DNA of 64,000 nucleotides from positions 2,079,576-2,143,575 of the forward strand of contig MU057887.1 of NCBI GenBank assembly GCA_013265495.1, in the 5' to 3' direction. Below the pieces are notes generated by a model that saw only the letters and a program-made list of their open reading frames with translations, did no database searches and was not told the origin of the DNA. Numbering within the stretch: the stretch's first letter is position 1; each line of letters begins with the position of its first letter. This stretch comes from Vicugna vicugna (lineage: Eukaryota). Made by a program: the position numbers and the translations under genes. Of this stretch, positions 48,865 to 59,480 are shown piece by piece.

Positions 48865-51447
48865 TTTACTTTTTACAGCAATTTTTATGTTCACAACAAC
48901 ATTGAGGGGGATGCACAGAGATTTCCCATGTGCCCCCTGCCCCTCCCCACACACAGCCTCCCCCGCGATCAACACCCCCCACCAGAGTGAGGCATTTGTT
49001 ACACTCAATGGACATGCACTGACACACCAGAAACTCCCAAAGCCCATCGTTTATATTGGGCTCCGTCTTGGTGATAATAATGTGTGTCCACCATTGTAAG
49101 ACCATACAGAGCATTTCCACTGCCCTGAAAACCTTCTCTGCCCCATCTCCTTACCCTTTTCCTCCCAACGCCTGGCAACCACTGACGTTTTACTGTCTCT
49201 GTTGTTCTGCCTTTTCCAGAACGTCTTAGAGTTGGAATTACACAGCATGTAGCCTTTTCAGATTGACTTCTTTCACTTAAAGGTATGCATTTAAGTTTCC
49301 TTCTTATCTTTTCATGACTTGATAGTTCTTTTATCTTTAGCAATGAATAATATCCCATTGAGTGGATTGCCTACAGTTTATTTATCCATTCATCTACTGA
49401 CGGACATCTTGGTTCCTTCCACGTTTTGGCATTTATGAATGAAGCTGCTACAAACATTCATTTGCAGGTTTCTATGTGGTTGTAAGTTTTCAGCTTGTAT
49501 TAACGAAACTGACGGCTGGATTGTGTGGTGAGGGTTGCCAAATTGTCTTCTGAGTGGCTGTACCATCTTGCCTTGCGACCAGCCATGAATGAGAGTTCCT
49601 GGTGCTCCACATTCTCACCAACATCTGATGTTGTCAGTGCTCTGGGTCCTGGCTGTTCTAATAGGTGTGCAGTGGTACCATGTTGTTGTTTTGACTTGCA
49701 TTTCCATGAGGACATAGGATGTAGACATGTTTTCACATGCTTATTTGCCATCTTCTTTTGTAAAGTATTGTTAAGATCTTTGCTCCTTTTTTAAAATCTG
49801 GTTGTTTTCTTATTACTGAGTTTTAAGAGTTCTTTGAATATTTTGGATACCGACTTTTGTCAGATGTGTCCTTCACAAATGTTTGCTCTCGGTCTGTGGT
49901 CTGACTTCTCATTGCCTTGAAGTTGTCTTTCGCAGAGCAGAAGTTTCTAACTTTAATAAAGTGCTGCTTACCAATTATTTCCTTCCTGGATCATGCCTTT
50001 GGTGTGACCTCTGAAAACCCATCACCACACCCAAGGTCCTCTAGGTTTTTCTGAGGTTATCTTCTAGGGGTTTTATAGTTTTGCAATGTACACTGGGTCC
50101 GTGATCCACTTTGAGTTACTTTTTTGTGACGCGTGTGATATCAGTACCTAGATTCAATGTTTTGCACATGGACATCCAGTTGTTCAAGCACCGTTTGTTG
50201 AAGAGAACGTCTTTGCCCCATCAGGCTGCCTTTGCTCCTTTGTCAGAGATCAGGTGACTGCAGTTATTTGGGTCTATTGCTGGCCTCTGTGCTCTGTTCC
50301 ATTGACCTGTTTGTCTAGTCAAACCAACACCACACTGCCTTGATGGCAGTAGCTTTCTAGTAATCCCTGAAGCCAGTTACTGCCAGGCCTCCAACTTTCT
50401 TCTTCTCCTCTCAGTATTGTGTTGGCTATTCTGGGTCTTTACCTCTCCACATATTTTAAAATTGTTTATATCTATGAAATAACTTGCTAGGTTTTTGATT
50501 GTGTTGAACCTGTAGATCAAGCTGGGCAGAACTGACATCTTGACAATATTGAGTCTTCCTATCCATGAACATGGGATATTTCTCCATTTATTTAGAGCTC
50601 ACTGATTTTTTAAATCAGAGTTTTATAGTTTTCCTTTTATAAATCTTGTACATATTTCATCATATTTATATCTATGTATTTTACTTTCTTGGGTGTTAAT
50701 GTATGTAATATTTTGTCTTTAATGTCAAATACCACCTGTTCATTGATGGTATATAGGAAAGCAACTGACTTTTGTATTTTAACCTTGTATCCTGAAACCT
50801 TATAATTACTTACTAGTTTCAGGAATTTTTTAATCATTATTTTGGATTTTCTACATAAATAGCTATGTAATCTGTGAACAAAGATAGTTTTATGCAGTCC
50901 TTTCCAATCTATACACATTTTTCCTCTTTACTTGCCTTCTTGCATTACCAAGGACTTCTAGGATACTGTTGAAAAGCAGTGGTGAGAGCGGACATTCTTG
51001 CTTTGTACCTAAGCTTAGTGGGAAAAATTGAGTTTCTCATCATTAAATGTGATGTTAGCTGTAAGGTCTTTGTAGATAGTCTTTATCGAGTTGAGAAAGT
51101 TTCTCTTTACTCCCAGTTTACTGAGAGCTTTTGTCATGAATGGGTGCTAGAGTTTGTCAAATGCTTTTTCTGCTTCTATTAATACGATCATGTGATTTTT
51201 TTTTTTTGTCTGTTGATGTGATTGATTATATCAACTGATTTTTGAATGTTGAAACAGCCTTGCATATCCAAGACAAATCACACTTGGTCATAGCGTATAA
51301 TTTTTTTCATGCTTTCCTGGATTTGATTTGCCAATATTTGTTGAGGGTATTTGCATCTATGTTTATGAAAGAAACTGGTCTGCAGCTTTCTTTTTTTTTT
51401 GTAATGTCTTTGTCTGGTTTTGATATTGGTTTAATGCTGATCTCTTA
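48865..51447 (-). mobile_element. L1MC1-like LINE, about 2.6 kb (3' UTR plus ORF2 part)
   Basis: cacagcctcccccgcgatcaacaccccccaccagagtgaggcatttgttacac and tcttgacaatattgagtcttcctatccatgaacatgg; frameshifted ORF2 remnants. Confidence 0.9.
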
Positions 51448-51914
51448 ATTTTTTAAAAAACCACTTGTTTACAGCAATCATGCTGACCCCAAATGTGTTC
51501 CTCCTGGAGATGGATCAGGAGGCAGTTTGCTATTAATGAGGGTCCCTGGATTTGTGCTCTGTCACCAAGTAGGGATGCTCCTGAGAGGAGCTGGAGGCCA
51601 TTGGCCCATCCCTTGGAGGCTCTGGCTGAGGAGGTTTAGGTGGGGAATGTGGTGGAATCTCCTGGATATTCACATGGGTACCTTGGGGAGGAACCACTGC
51701 TCCAAAGGGACCCTTCCAGGACTCCTCCAAACAGCCAATAGCCCCTCACGGGAGAGTTGAGGCCACATGTTCTCAATTCTGGGTTCAGCAGTAAAACATC
51801 CTATCCATCAAGATAACATCTGTGAATAAGCACATGGCCCCTTTGGTGGAAAGTGTTGTGTGTTGATCCAACAGGTCGCTCCCCCTGGAAAGACGAACTG
51901 GCTTCCTGCAAAGT

Positions 51915-52339
51915 GTGAGAAGGCCTGTGCTCTCTCTAAAACCCACGGGAAAGGGTCCTTCTTTGCTTCTTCCCAGCTTCTGGTGGTGCCAGAGAGCCGC
52001 GGTGCTCCTTGGTTTGCTGCTGCGTAACTCCAACCGCTGCCTCCACTGTCATGTTCCATTCTCCCTGCAAGACCCTGTGTCTCCCTGTCTGTCTCCCTGC
52101 ATGTCCCTGTGTCTCCCTGTCTGTCTCCCTGTGTGTCTCTGTGTCTCCCCTTGTGTCTCTGTCTGGCTTTTCTCTCATAAAGACACATCCTATTGGCTTA
52201 GGGGCCCACCCCACTGCAATGTGGACTTAACTAATTATATCTGCAATGACCTTACTTCCAAATAATTTCACATTCTGCCATTCTAGCGATTAGGATTTCA
52301 ACATATCTTTTCTGGAGAGACATAATTAAACCCGTAATA
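51915..52339 (-). mobile_element. MLT1C-like LTR with an internal simple-repeat expansion
   Basis: cttcccagcttctggtgg and attatatctgcaatgaccttacttccaaataa; tgtgtctccc-type repeats at 52073-52164. Confidence 0.85.
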
Positions 52340-52571
52340 GAATGGATGAATGTTTTCCTTAGGTTTTATAACAGCCATTTTCCTTAGTATAAAAATAAAG
52401 TTTGTTCTCAAGTTTTTCAAAGATGAAGAAAACATAAGTGTCCGTAATGTCTCCCTGATAACCGTGAATAATAGTTTTGAAAGATACTGGGATCATCCTT
52501 TATATATGCCTCTGATCCCTTTTATGTTTTTCATATGGTGAGAATTTTCTATGTCATCAAATATTATTATT

Positions 52572-52745
52572 TGAAGTCAGAAAGAGAAAGGAAAATACCA
52601 TATGACATTGCTTATGTGTGGAATCTGAAAAAAAAGGACACGAACTTATCTACAAAAGAGAAACAGACTCACAGGCATAGAGGACAAACTTATGGTTACT
52701 GGGGGTGGGGAAGGGGATGGGAAGGAATAAACTGGGAATTTGAAA
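52572..52745 (+). mobile_element. Camelid-type L1 3' UTR fragment
   Basis: aaataccatatgacattgcttatgtgtggaatct and gaaacagactcacaggcatagaggacaaacttatggttac. Confidence 0.85.
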
Positions 52746-52751
52746 CTTCAC

Positions 52752-52896
52752 CTCTTGGGGGTGATGGAGTGTTAGCTCTCTTGACTGTGGGGGTGGTTTC
52801 GTGGGTGTACACATCCATCAAAATTCATCAGGTTGTACATCTGAAATATGTGTAGTTTACTGTACAGGGATCGTACCGCAATAAAGGTGTTAAAAA
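52752..52896 (+). mobile_element. Ancient L1MB/MC extreme 3' end
   Basis: gggggtgatggagtgtt...cttgactgtgggggtggtttc...caaaattcatcaggttgtacat...caataaag. Confidence 0.75.
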
Positions 52897-54379
52897 TTAT
52901 TTGAAAACAACTTTTTTCAGAGGGGAGGTGTGTGCCACAGTTTACCGTTTCTGGGCTGCTGGGCACGTGTGGGCTGCGTTTTCAGACTGGGAAGAGGGGC
53001 AGACCCCAGACCTCACAGCCTCTGCTTTGCCACCAGGGAGGAAAGGTCCCTCATCTCATCCCAGGGAAGGACACCCACTGGCTTCCCTTGGCCAATCAGC
53101 AGTCTCCGGGGTGGGGTTCTGTGCTTGGCCACGCCCACCAGAGCCGAAGACATGGGGAAGCAGCATCCTTTCCTGGAAGAGGAGGGCTGGCGCTTCCCGG
53201 CAGAGGGGACCCCGCGGGACAAGCACAGAGCAGATGCCTGCTGCAGGTGACACTCTGAGCTCACTGCCGAAAAGGAGCAGTGGTTTCCTAGGCAGACAGG
53301 GTGTTCCAGGGAGAGAGAGCAGCCTTGTGAGCAGGGAACGCACAGCCATCCGGATCACAAACTCTGACAGGCAGAGCCTGAGAGTCAGGACAGGTGCCCA
53401 AGAGGCTGGCGGGCCGTGTGGAGGGGTCTGCGTCTTCTCATGCGAGCAGTGCGGTGTGACAACGCCCCTGCCACCCTGGTTAAGGGATATCCCATCTCTC
53501 TGACCTTCCTGCAAACACCTGTGTCCCCACTTTGTTCGGGGACATCGTGCCTCGCTCCGGATGCACACTCAGCCTCTCTTCCCAGACGCGTTGTCCTTCA
53601 CAATGTTCTCCCTCAGATATGTGACTAACGACTGTCCAGTCAGGACCCTGGTGCCCAGGGAGGTGTCCTTATAACTCCGACTTAGCAAACCTGGTTTCTG
53701 GCAACGTGTGACAAGACAAACCCACAGCTCAAGAAATATCCTATTTTTAAAGCAAAGGTGGTTATCCTTGGACTTTGAACCCTCCCCCGTCTTTTGGGAT
53801 AAATCCTTACTGGGGTCAAGAGAGAAGGCTGGGGGTCTTCACTGCTGCTTACACATACCCTCCGCTCCTTCAGATCTCCGAGTTCCAGTTGGTGCAGGGC
53901 CTAATTAAATCCATGGCTGAAGACGCATCCCAGCATGACATAATGCAGAAGCTGGAAGCAGCTTCAGCGGGCGTGGAGGACCCGCAAATCGAGCTTCGTT
54001 GTTGCTTTGCGGCTAGAAAGGCTGGCAGGTGAGGAGGGGCCTCTGCTCAGCGAGGCGCCCACCTGCAGGGTGCGTGTGACTTGCGGTGTCTCGTGGCGGA
54101 GGTGGGAGATCCACCAGCAGCTGTAAGAGCTGTGGGCTCGGGATCCAGATCCGGGGTCAGCCACAGAAAACTGGGGCAACTGATGCCTGTGGGATTGTGA
54201 CTGAGTCTGTCTCCGTCAGGGTACCATCTCCCTGAGAGTGGGGACCGCTTCCAACTCGCGCCTGGAGCACGGGGACCAACAGAAGGATTTAAGTCAATAA
54301 GGAGCGAGGAAAAAGATCGAGGGGCGGACGTGCCAGGCTGAGCAGGAGGGGCGGGAGGAGGCAAGCCTGGAGCCCCAGG

Positions 54380-55203
54380 TGTGGGCTTCCCCACACCAGC
54401 CAACTGTCCATCACCAACCGGGCGTCCTACAACTCAACCCATCCGCACGCTGACGCCTGCGGTCAGCGCAGGCCCACGACGTAAGCGCTCCATCCCCCGA
54501 GGCGGCTTCCAGCTGTAAGTCTCAGGGGCGACCCGTGCTCCTGAGCAACCGCTGAACATCCCAGGTTCCCACAGACCCCTCCCCTTAGGTCCGATAATCG
54601 GCTTGAAAACTCAGAAAAACACTTTACTTGTGTTTACCACTTGATGATAAAAGATACAATTCAGACAGAGACAAATGAAGAGGTGCCACCCAGCAAGGGG
54701 TGGGGGCGGGGCTCCGAGCATCTGGGCCCCGCCCTGCGCGTCCAGGCCCCTCCCCCGCGTCCAGGCCCCTCCCCCGCGTCCAGGCCCCTCCCCTCCTGTC
54801 CAGGCCCCTCCCCGCGCGGCCGGGCCCCTCCCCCGCGTCCAGGCCCCCCCACGCGTCCGGGCCCCTCCCCGCGGCTGCCGGCCCAGAACGCCTCCAATCG
54901 CATTGCTCAGGTGCCTTTATGGGGCTCAGTCTCCAGCCCGCGAGCCTCCCTGGAGGTGGAGGGGGTGGGACTGAAATTCCCACTATGTTTCTGGGTGGTC
55001 TTCCTGGTCACCAACCCCCAACCTCAGGCTGTTTAGGGTCCCCCCTTGTCACCTCGTTAGCATAAACTCAGGTGCGATCAAAAGGGGCTCCTTAAGAAGA
55101 ACGAAAGTTATCTCTGGGGGAATTCCAAGGGTTTTCAGAGCCCTGTGCCCGTAACTGGGAACAAAGACTGCACAGTTTTTCTTTCTTTCTTTCCGACACC
55201 ACA
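54380..55203 (-). mobile_element. MER21-family solo LTR containing a minisatellite
   Basis: cacctcgttagcataaactcaggtg and aattccaagggtttt; flanks ccagg/ccaga resemble a 5-bp TSD. Confidence 0.85.
54740..54872. repeat. GC-rich minisatellite, 7 units of 18-20 bp (gtccaggcccctcccccgc)
   Basis: Units start at 54740, 54759, 54778, 54798, 54818, 54837 and 54855. Confidence 0.95.
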
Positions 55204-56224
55204 CCAGAGAGCCCCCCACTGGGCGGAGGAAGAGAAGATTTTTAAGGAGGTCAAAGGGTATAACCGTAAAAATGAGAGGAAACCCAAGAGGAGAGGTCCC
55301 AGGGAATCCAGGGAGCAAAGTTTCGCGGTGGAGGGAGGGTCCCCTTGGCCACCCCGGGCTGGTCATTTGGGGCTGTGGTCTCTCGGGCCCGAGGCCAGGC
55401 CTTTTAGCTCCTGGTTAATCTTTCTTTCCGTCACACCCTGGATATGATAATAAATGCATTTTCGGCACAGACAGGTCTTTCCTTCCAGAGTTCCCTTTGG
55501 CATCCTCTGGTCTCGTCCTTTTCCCAGCTTCCCCTCCAGCATCCACCTGCAGACAAGGGGCTGGCTGAGGCCCCGAGCTCCAGGTCCTCTTTGCCTCACT
55601 CTTTGTCCACTCTGCACCCCTCCCTGCCCCGCGCTGGTTGCTCTGAGATTGGACCATCCAGGGACGGGCCCAGCCAGGGAGGATGCCAACCAGGCTGCCT
55701 GAGTGACAGAGGGAAAGCCAGCCGGAGCCCCCGGACTTCCGTCTCAGGGAGATGCTGCTGACCACAACCAGGACCCCCCCCCCCCCCATGGCCCGGCCGC
55801 CCCCTGGCAGGCTCCCAGGGAGGCTGAGGCACCCTGCCTGCACAGACAGGGCTGGGCATGCTGATTCGACCTAACAAGCTGCAGTGATCGCCCGAAACAT
55901 GTCTCTTCTTTCTCACATAAACACAATCTGCTTCCCCAGAAACACTGCCATAAACAGACACCAGGCGTCCCGAACCAAGACCGCACGCTTGGAGCACACC
56001 CCCTCCCACCCTCCTTCCCAGGGATTCCTGGGAGCCCAGCTCCAAGGGGGGTCTTCTGGGTGACCTTGCCTGCCCCTGCCCCTCACGCTGTGACATCTGC
56101 CCCTCTAGCAGTGATGTCCCCTCAGAACTGTCTCCCTGCAGAACCCAGACTGTCGGGTCAAAGGCCCAGGTACCCAGCCCAGCACCTGACACAGGTACTG
56201 TTCACCAAGCACCTTCCATGTGTC

Positions 56225-56345
56225 CTCGACAAAGAGGATGCAGAAGCTCAGAGAGGCCAAGTCACTGCCTGGAGATCACACAGCTAGAGGGCAGTGGAGA
56301 GAAGGTCAAGCTAAGAGTTTCTGATTTCTAAGCCCATTCCTATTC
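56225..56345 (-). mobile_element. MIR
   Basis: gaagctcagagaggccaagtcactgcctggagatcacacagctag. Confidence 0.75.
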
Positions 56346-58468
56346 TCAGCATGAGTCAAAAGGGTCTTCCATCCACAGTCTTACTGAAGATGCTTCCAGA
56401 TCTTTCCAGGGAGAGCAGAGTATGTGCACAGTTCTTTGCTTTCTAGCTGTGCTGTGTTCTCCATTTTCCTCATTAAGTCTTAGCCTATTAATAACCACCC
56501 ATTTGTCTTAATTCAATAAAAAGATGATTGATTGTATTTGCAGCGGTTTCATCGAACTCATGAAGGTGATGGATGGGTCGCACAGTGAGGAAGCCTCGGG
56601 GAAAGCCACGTGCTTGCACTTGCTTGGAAAGGGCTGGGTTCCTCTCTGTCTCACCACACGTTCTGAAACAGAAGTTTAGAAAAACGTACACACTTCGTAT
56701 CCTCCAGGATAGAACGCAAAGCAGAATTCCCCTTGAAGTTTGCCTCCCTTGTCCTTGATCCTGGGGCTTGTGGAGGATTTCCATTCGGTCATTAGCTGCA
56801 ACCCACTTACTTGCGTGCTTATAGGAAGAGCGGGGTGGACTTCTCTGTCCTGGGGATGAGGTAGCGAGGCCACTCAGGTAGTGATGCGTGAAGCCCAGAG
56901 CCACGCTGAGTCCAACTCAGGGCCTCTCTGCCCACATGAAGAGCTGGTCACAGGTGCCTGTTTTAGCAGCGGTCATGTCCTGATGTCACAGGCACCTGCT
57001 GAGGGACGGCTCTGAAGAATGTCTGTCACCAGCACTCCCAGGCTCGCAGCCAGCCGAGCACCACGGACAAGGGCCGGCTCCCCAGACAGGATCCTCCATG
57101 CCCAGCCCACCTTCCTGATCTGACCGCACACCAGCCCACACAGCCCAGTGTGGCTTTTAGTCTTGTCTTTAAGGCTCTGTGGGGCCTGACCATCTCAGAA
57201 CCTTCCAGACCCTTCCCTGAGACTCTGCCCATGAGTCCTGGCTGTCCCTTCCTAGGCACATGGTAACTCATTCCTCCCCTTTAAATGCAGAGATTCTGTG
57301 CACTGGTCTCTAGACTTAGGGGTCCAGTGACAAATCCCCTCTCCCCAGCCTTGGCCAGCAGCCATGTCTGTCTGCCTGTCCGCCTTCCCACCCTGTCCTC
57401 CCTTCAGCTGCCCCAGGTCTGCCCAGGGGGTCATGCTGGCCCAGTGGCTGTGGTCACACATTCACTAAGCCAGAAGCGGAAGGGGTGAGGACAACAGAGC
57501 AGAGCCAGCTGCAAAGCAACGGGCCCTTCTCTTCTGGCTCCTGCTCTTGGAGTCGGCCCTCGTGCCGGGAGAGGACGGCACACGTGAACCTCCCGGGAAA
57601 CATCCTCCCAGCGCTGAATTATTTTGCCCCTCATTTCAGCCAATATCTCAGAACCCCAGGAAAGAGTTCTAATCAATAGGCTGTGAGGATGATGAAAACC
57701 TATTACTGGGAAAGAAACACATTATTAGACAGATCAAAGGATAATGAGGCTCCTAGGAAGGGGGTTGGGGGCGGCTCCCGAGCTCTGCGGCCCACGCCGT
57801 GTGCTGGTTTTCTCCCTTAGAGTGGATCACATGTCTAAATGGTCTCTTTGTGTAGCGCCTCTTCCATTAATGTCTCCAAAGACAAAATCAAGAATTGTCA
57901 TTAGTGCTTTTCTGGGGGTACGAGTTCCTAGAACCCAGGAGAGCCGCTGGTTGCTTGGTCTTGTCTGGAGATGCTGCGGACGGCTTCCTGCCCTGCAGAG
58001 CTCGGGGCAGAGGACGCGGGCATGGCCGAGGGTCCTGGTTGCTGCGAGCAGCCCCCGATTCCAGCATTGACCCCGAGGGGCGCAAGGCCTGGGCCGGGCA
58101 GCTCCAGCTCAAGGCCTCGAGGCAGGACGGTGGGATGAGCATGGCCCCGTCCCCCTTGCTCCCAAAGGGCCTGCCCAGTGTTCACGCGCGATTCCGGCAC
58201 TCTGGGCCGCACCACAGATGTGCTTCTGGTAGAAGCTCCTGGACTCTAGACTCTCCCCGGGGCACCTCTGGGTTGGTTTCCTCAAGGAGGCTCTCCCAAA
58301 TTCCAGGGGGAGGACAGGACATTGGTGAAGGGGGGCAGGAGGATTAGGCAAGTGAGCCTGGTGATTGAAGAGAGCGCCCCCTAAAACGCCAGACAGGAAA
58401 CGGAGTCCGGCGGACAGCCGTGCACCCCCCGCCTGGGCGCGGCTGGGACCCGTGCTCTGTGGTGGCCC

Positions 58469-58641
58469 TACTGGCCAATGAAGATGCAGGACGCCCAGTT
58501 ACATCTGAATTTCAGATGAAGTGCAAACATTTTTTTCACTATGTGTATGTCCCAAACGTTGCAAAAGACATATGAAAACATTACTGGTTTCTCTGAAATT
58601 CAGATTTAACTGGGTGTCCTGTGTTTTATCCGGCAACCCCA
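58469..58641. mobile_element. MER53 palindromic hAT MITE
   Basis: caggacgcccagttacatctgaatttcaga...tctgaaattcagatttaactgggtgtcctg...ggcaaccc. Confidence 0.9.
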
Positions 58642-58849
58642 TGCAGGGTCCCTGGTACCAAATCTGAACCCTTTTTCTTGCACGTTCTCAGAAATGAAAA
58701 GCTGAGTGAGGCAGCCGTTTCATCACTCACTCGCTCACAAATGACTCATCTGCTCATTGAAGTTCTGTCATCTGACAGGCACAGGGACAGATGTCGGAGC
58801 TACCAGTGTGAATAAGACAGGGTCCCCCTGGCGAGCGGAGGATTAGAGC

Positions 58850-59480
58850 ACTTATACTCCAGAGTCCAGGCTGCGTTAGAGTCACCCGAGGGCCTGTGTG
58901 GTGGGCAGAGCAACGACCCTCCAGAGGTGTCTGCACCCTGATCCCAGAGCCTGTGACTAGATGACCTCACCTGGCAAAGGGGACTTTGTGGCCGTGATTA
59001 AGTTAAGGGCCTTGAGATGCGGAGATGGTCCAGGTGGGTGGGAGCTGGGATGTGGGTGTGGTGATAGAAGGATGCTCAGAGAGGCACGTCGCTGGCTTTG
59101 AGGAGGGAGGAAGGGCCAGGACTCCTGGCGTGCAGGCACCTTCTAGAATCCGGAGGGTGCGAGGAAGCGGTTCTCTCAGGGAGGCTAGGAAAGGAAGGCA
59201 GCATTGCTCTCTCCTGATCTTAGTCGGGTGGGACTCGGGTCGGACTTCTGTCCACAAAGCTGTAAAGTAATCAGTATGTGTTGTTTTTATGTCCCTAAGT
59301 GTGTCACGATCTGTGCCAGCGGCGACAGAAAACACATGCAGCTTCTTAAAACCCAGGTGGCCAGGGCCACCGCTGGGCTTCCCATCCCGCAGCGGGGAGG
59401 GGCCTGGGGGTCTGCGTTTCTAATGTGCTCCTGGATGATGCTGCTGCCCTGGCCCGGGAACCCAGCTTTGAGAAGCGCTG
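58850..59480 (+). mobile_element. MER5A (hAT-Charlie) split by an MLT1D insertion
   Basis: Left half gcgttagagtcacccgagggcctg; right half gcttcttaaaacccag...ctgcgtttctaa...ctttgagaagcgctg. Confidence 0.75.
58897..59340 (+). mobile_element. MLT1D solo LTR
   Basis: tgtggtgggcagag...ggcaaaggggactttgtggccgtgattaagttaagggccttgagatg...gaaaacacatgca. Confidence 0.9.

Noticed and set aside
54740..54872. CRISPR-like array
   Set aside because: Repeats are contiguous with no unique spacers, there are no cas genes, and the DNA is eukaryotic.
33777..55203. Two same-strand MER21 LTRs as the ends of one provirus
   Set aside because: They are about 20 kb apart, visibly diverged, with no internal retroviral genes, and the second has its own TSD-like flanks.
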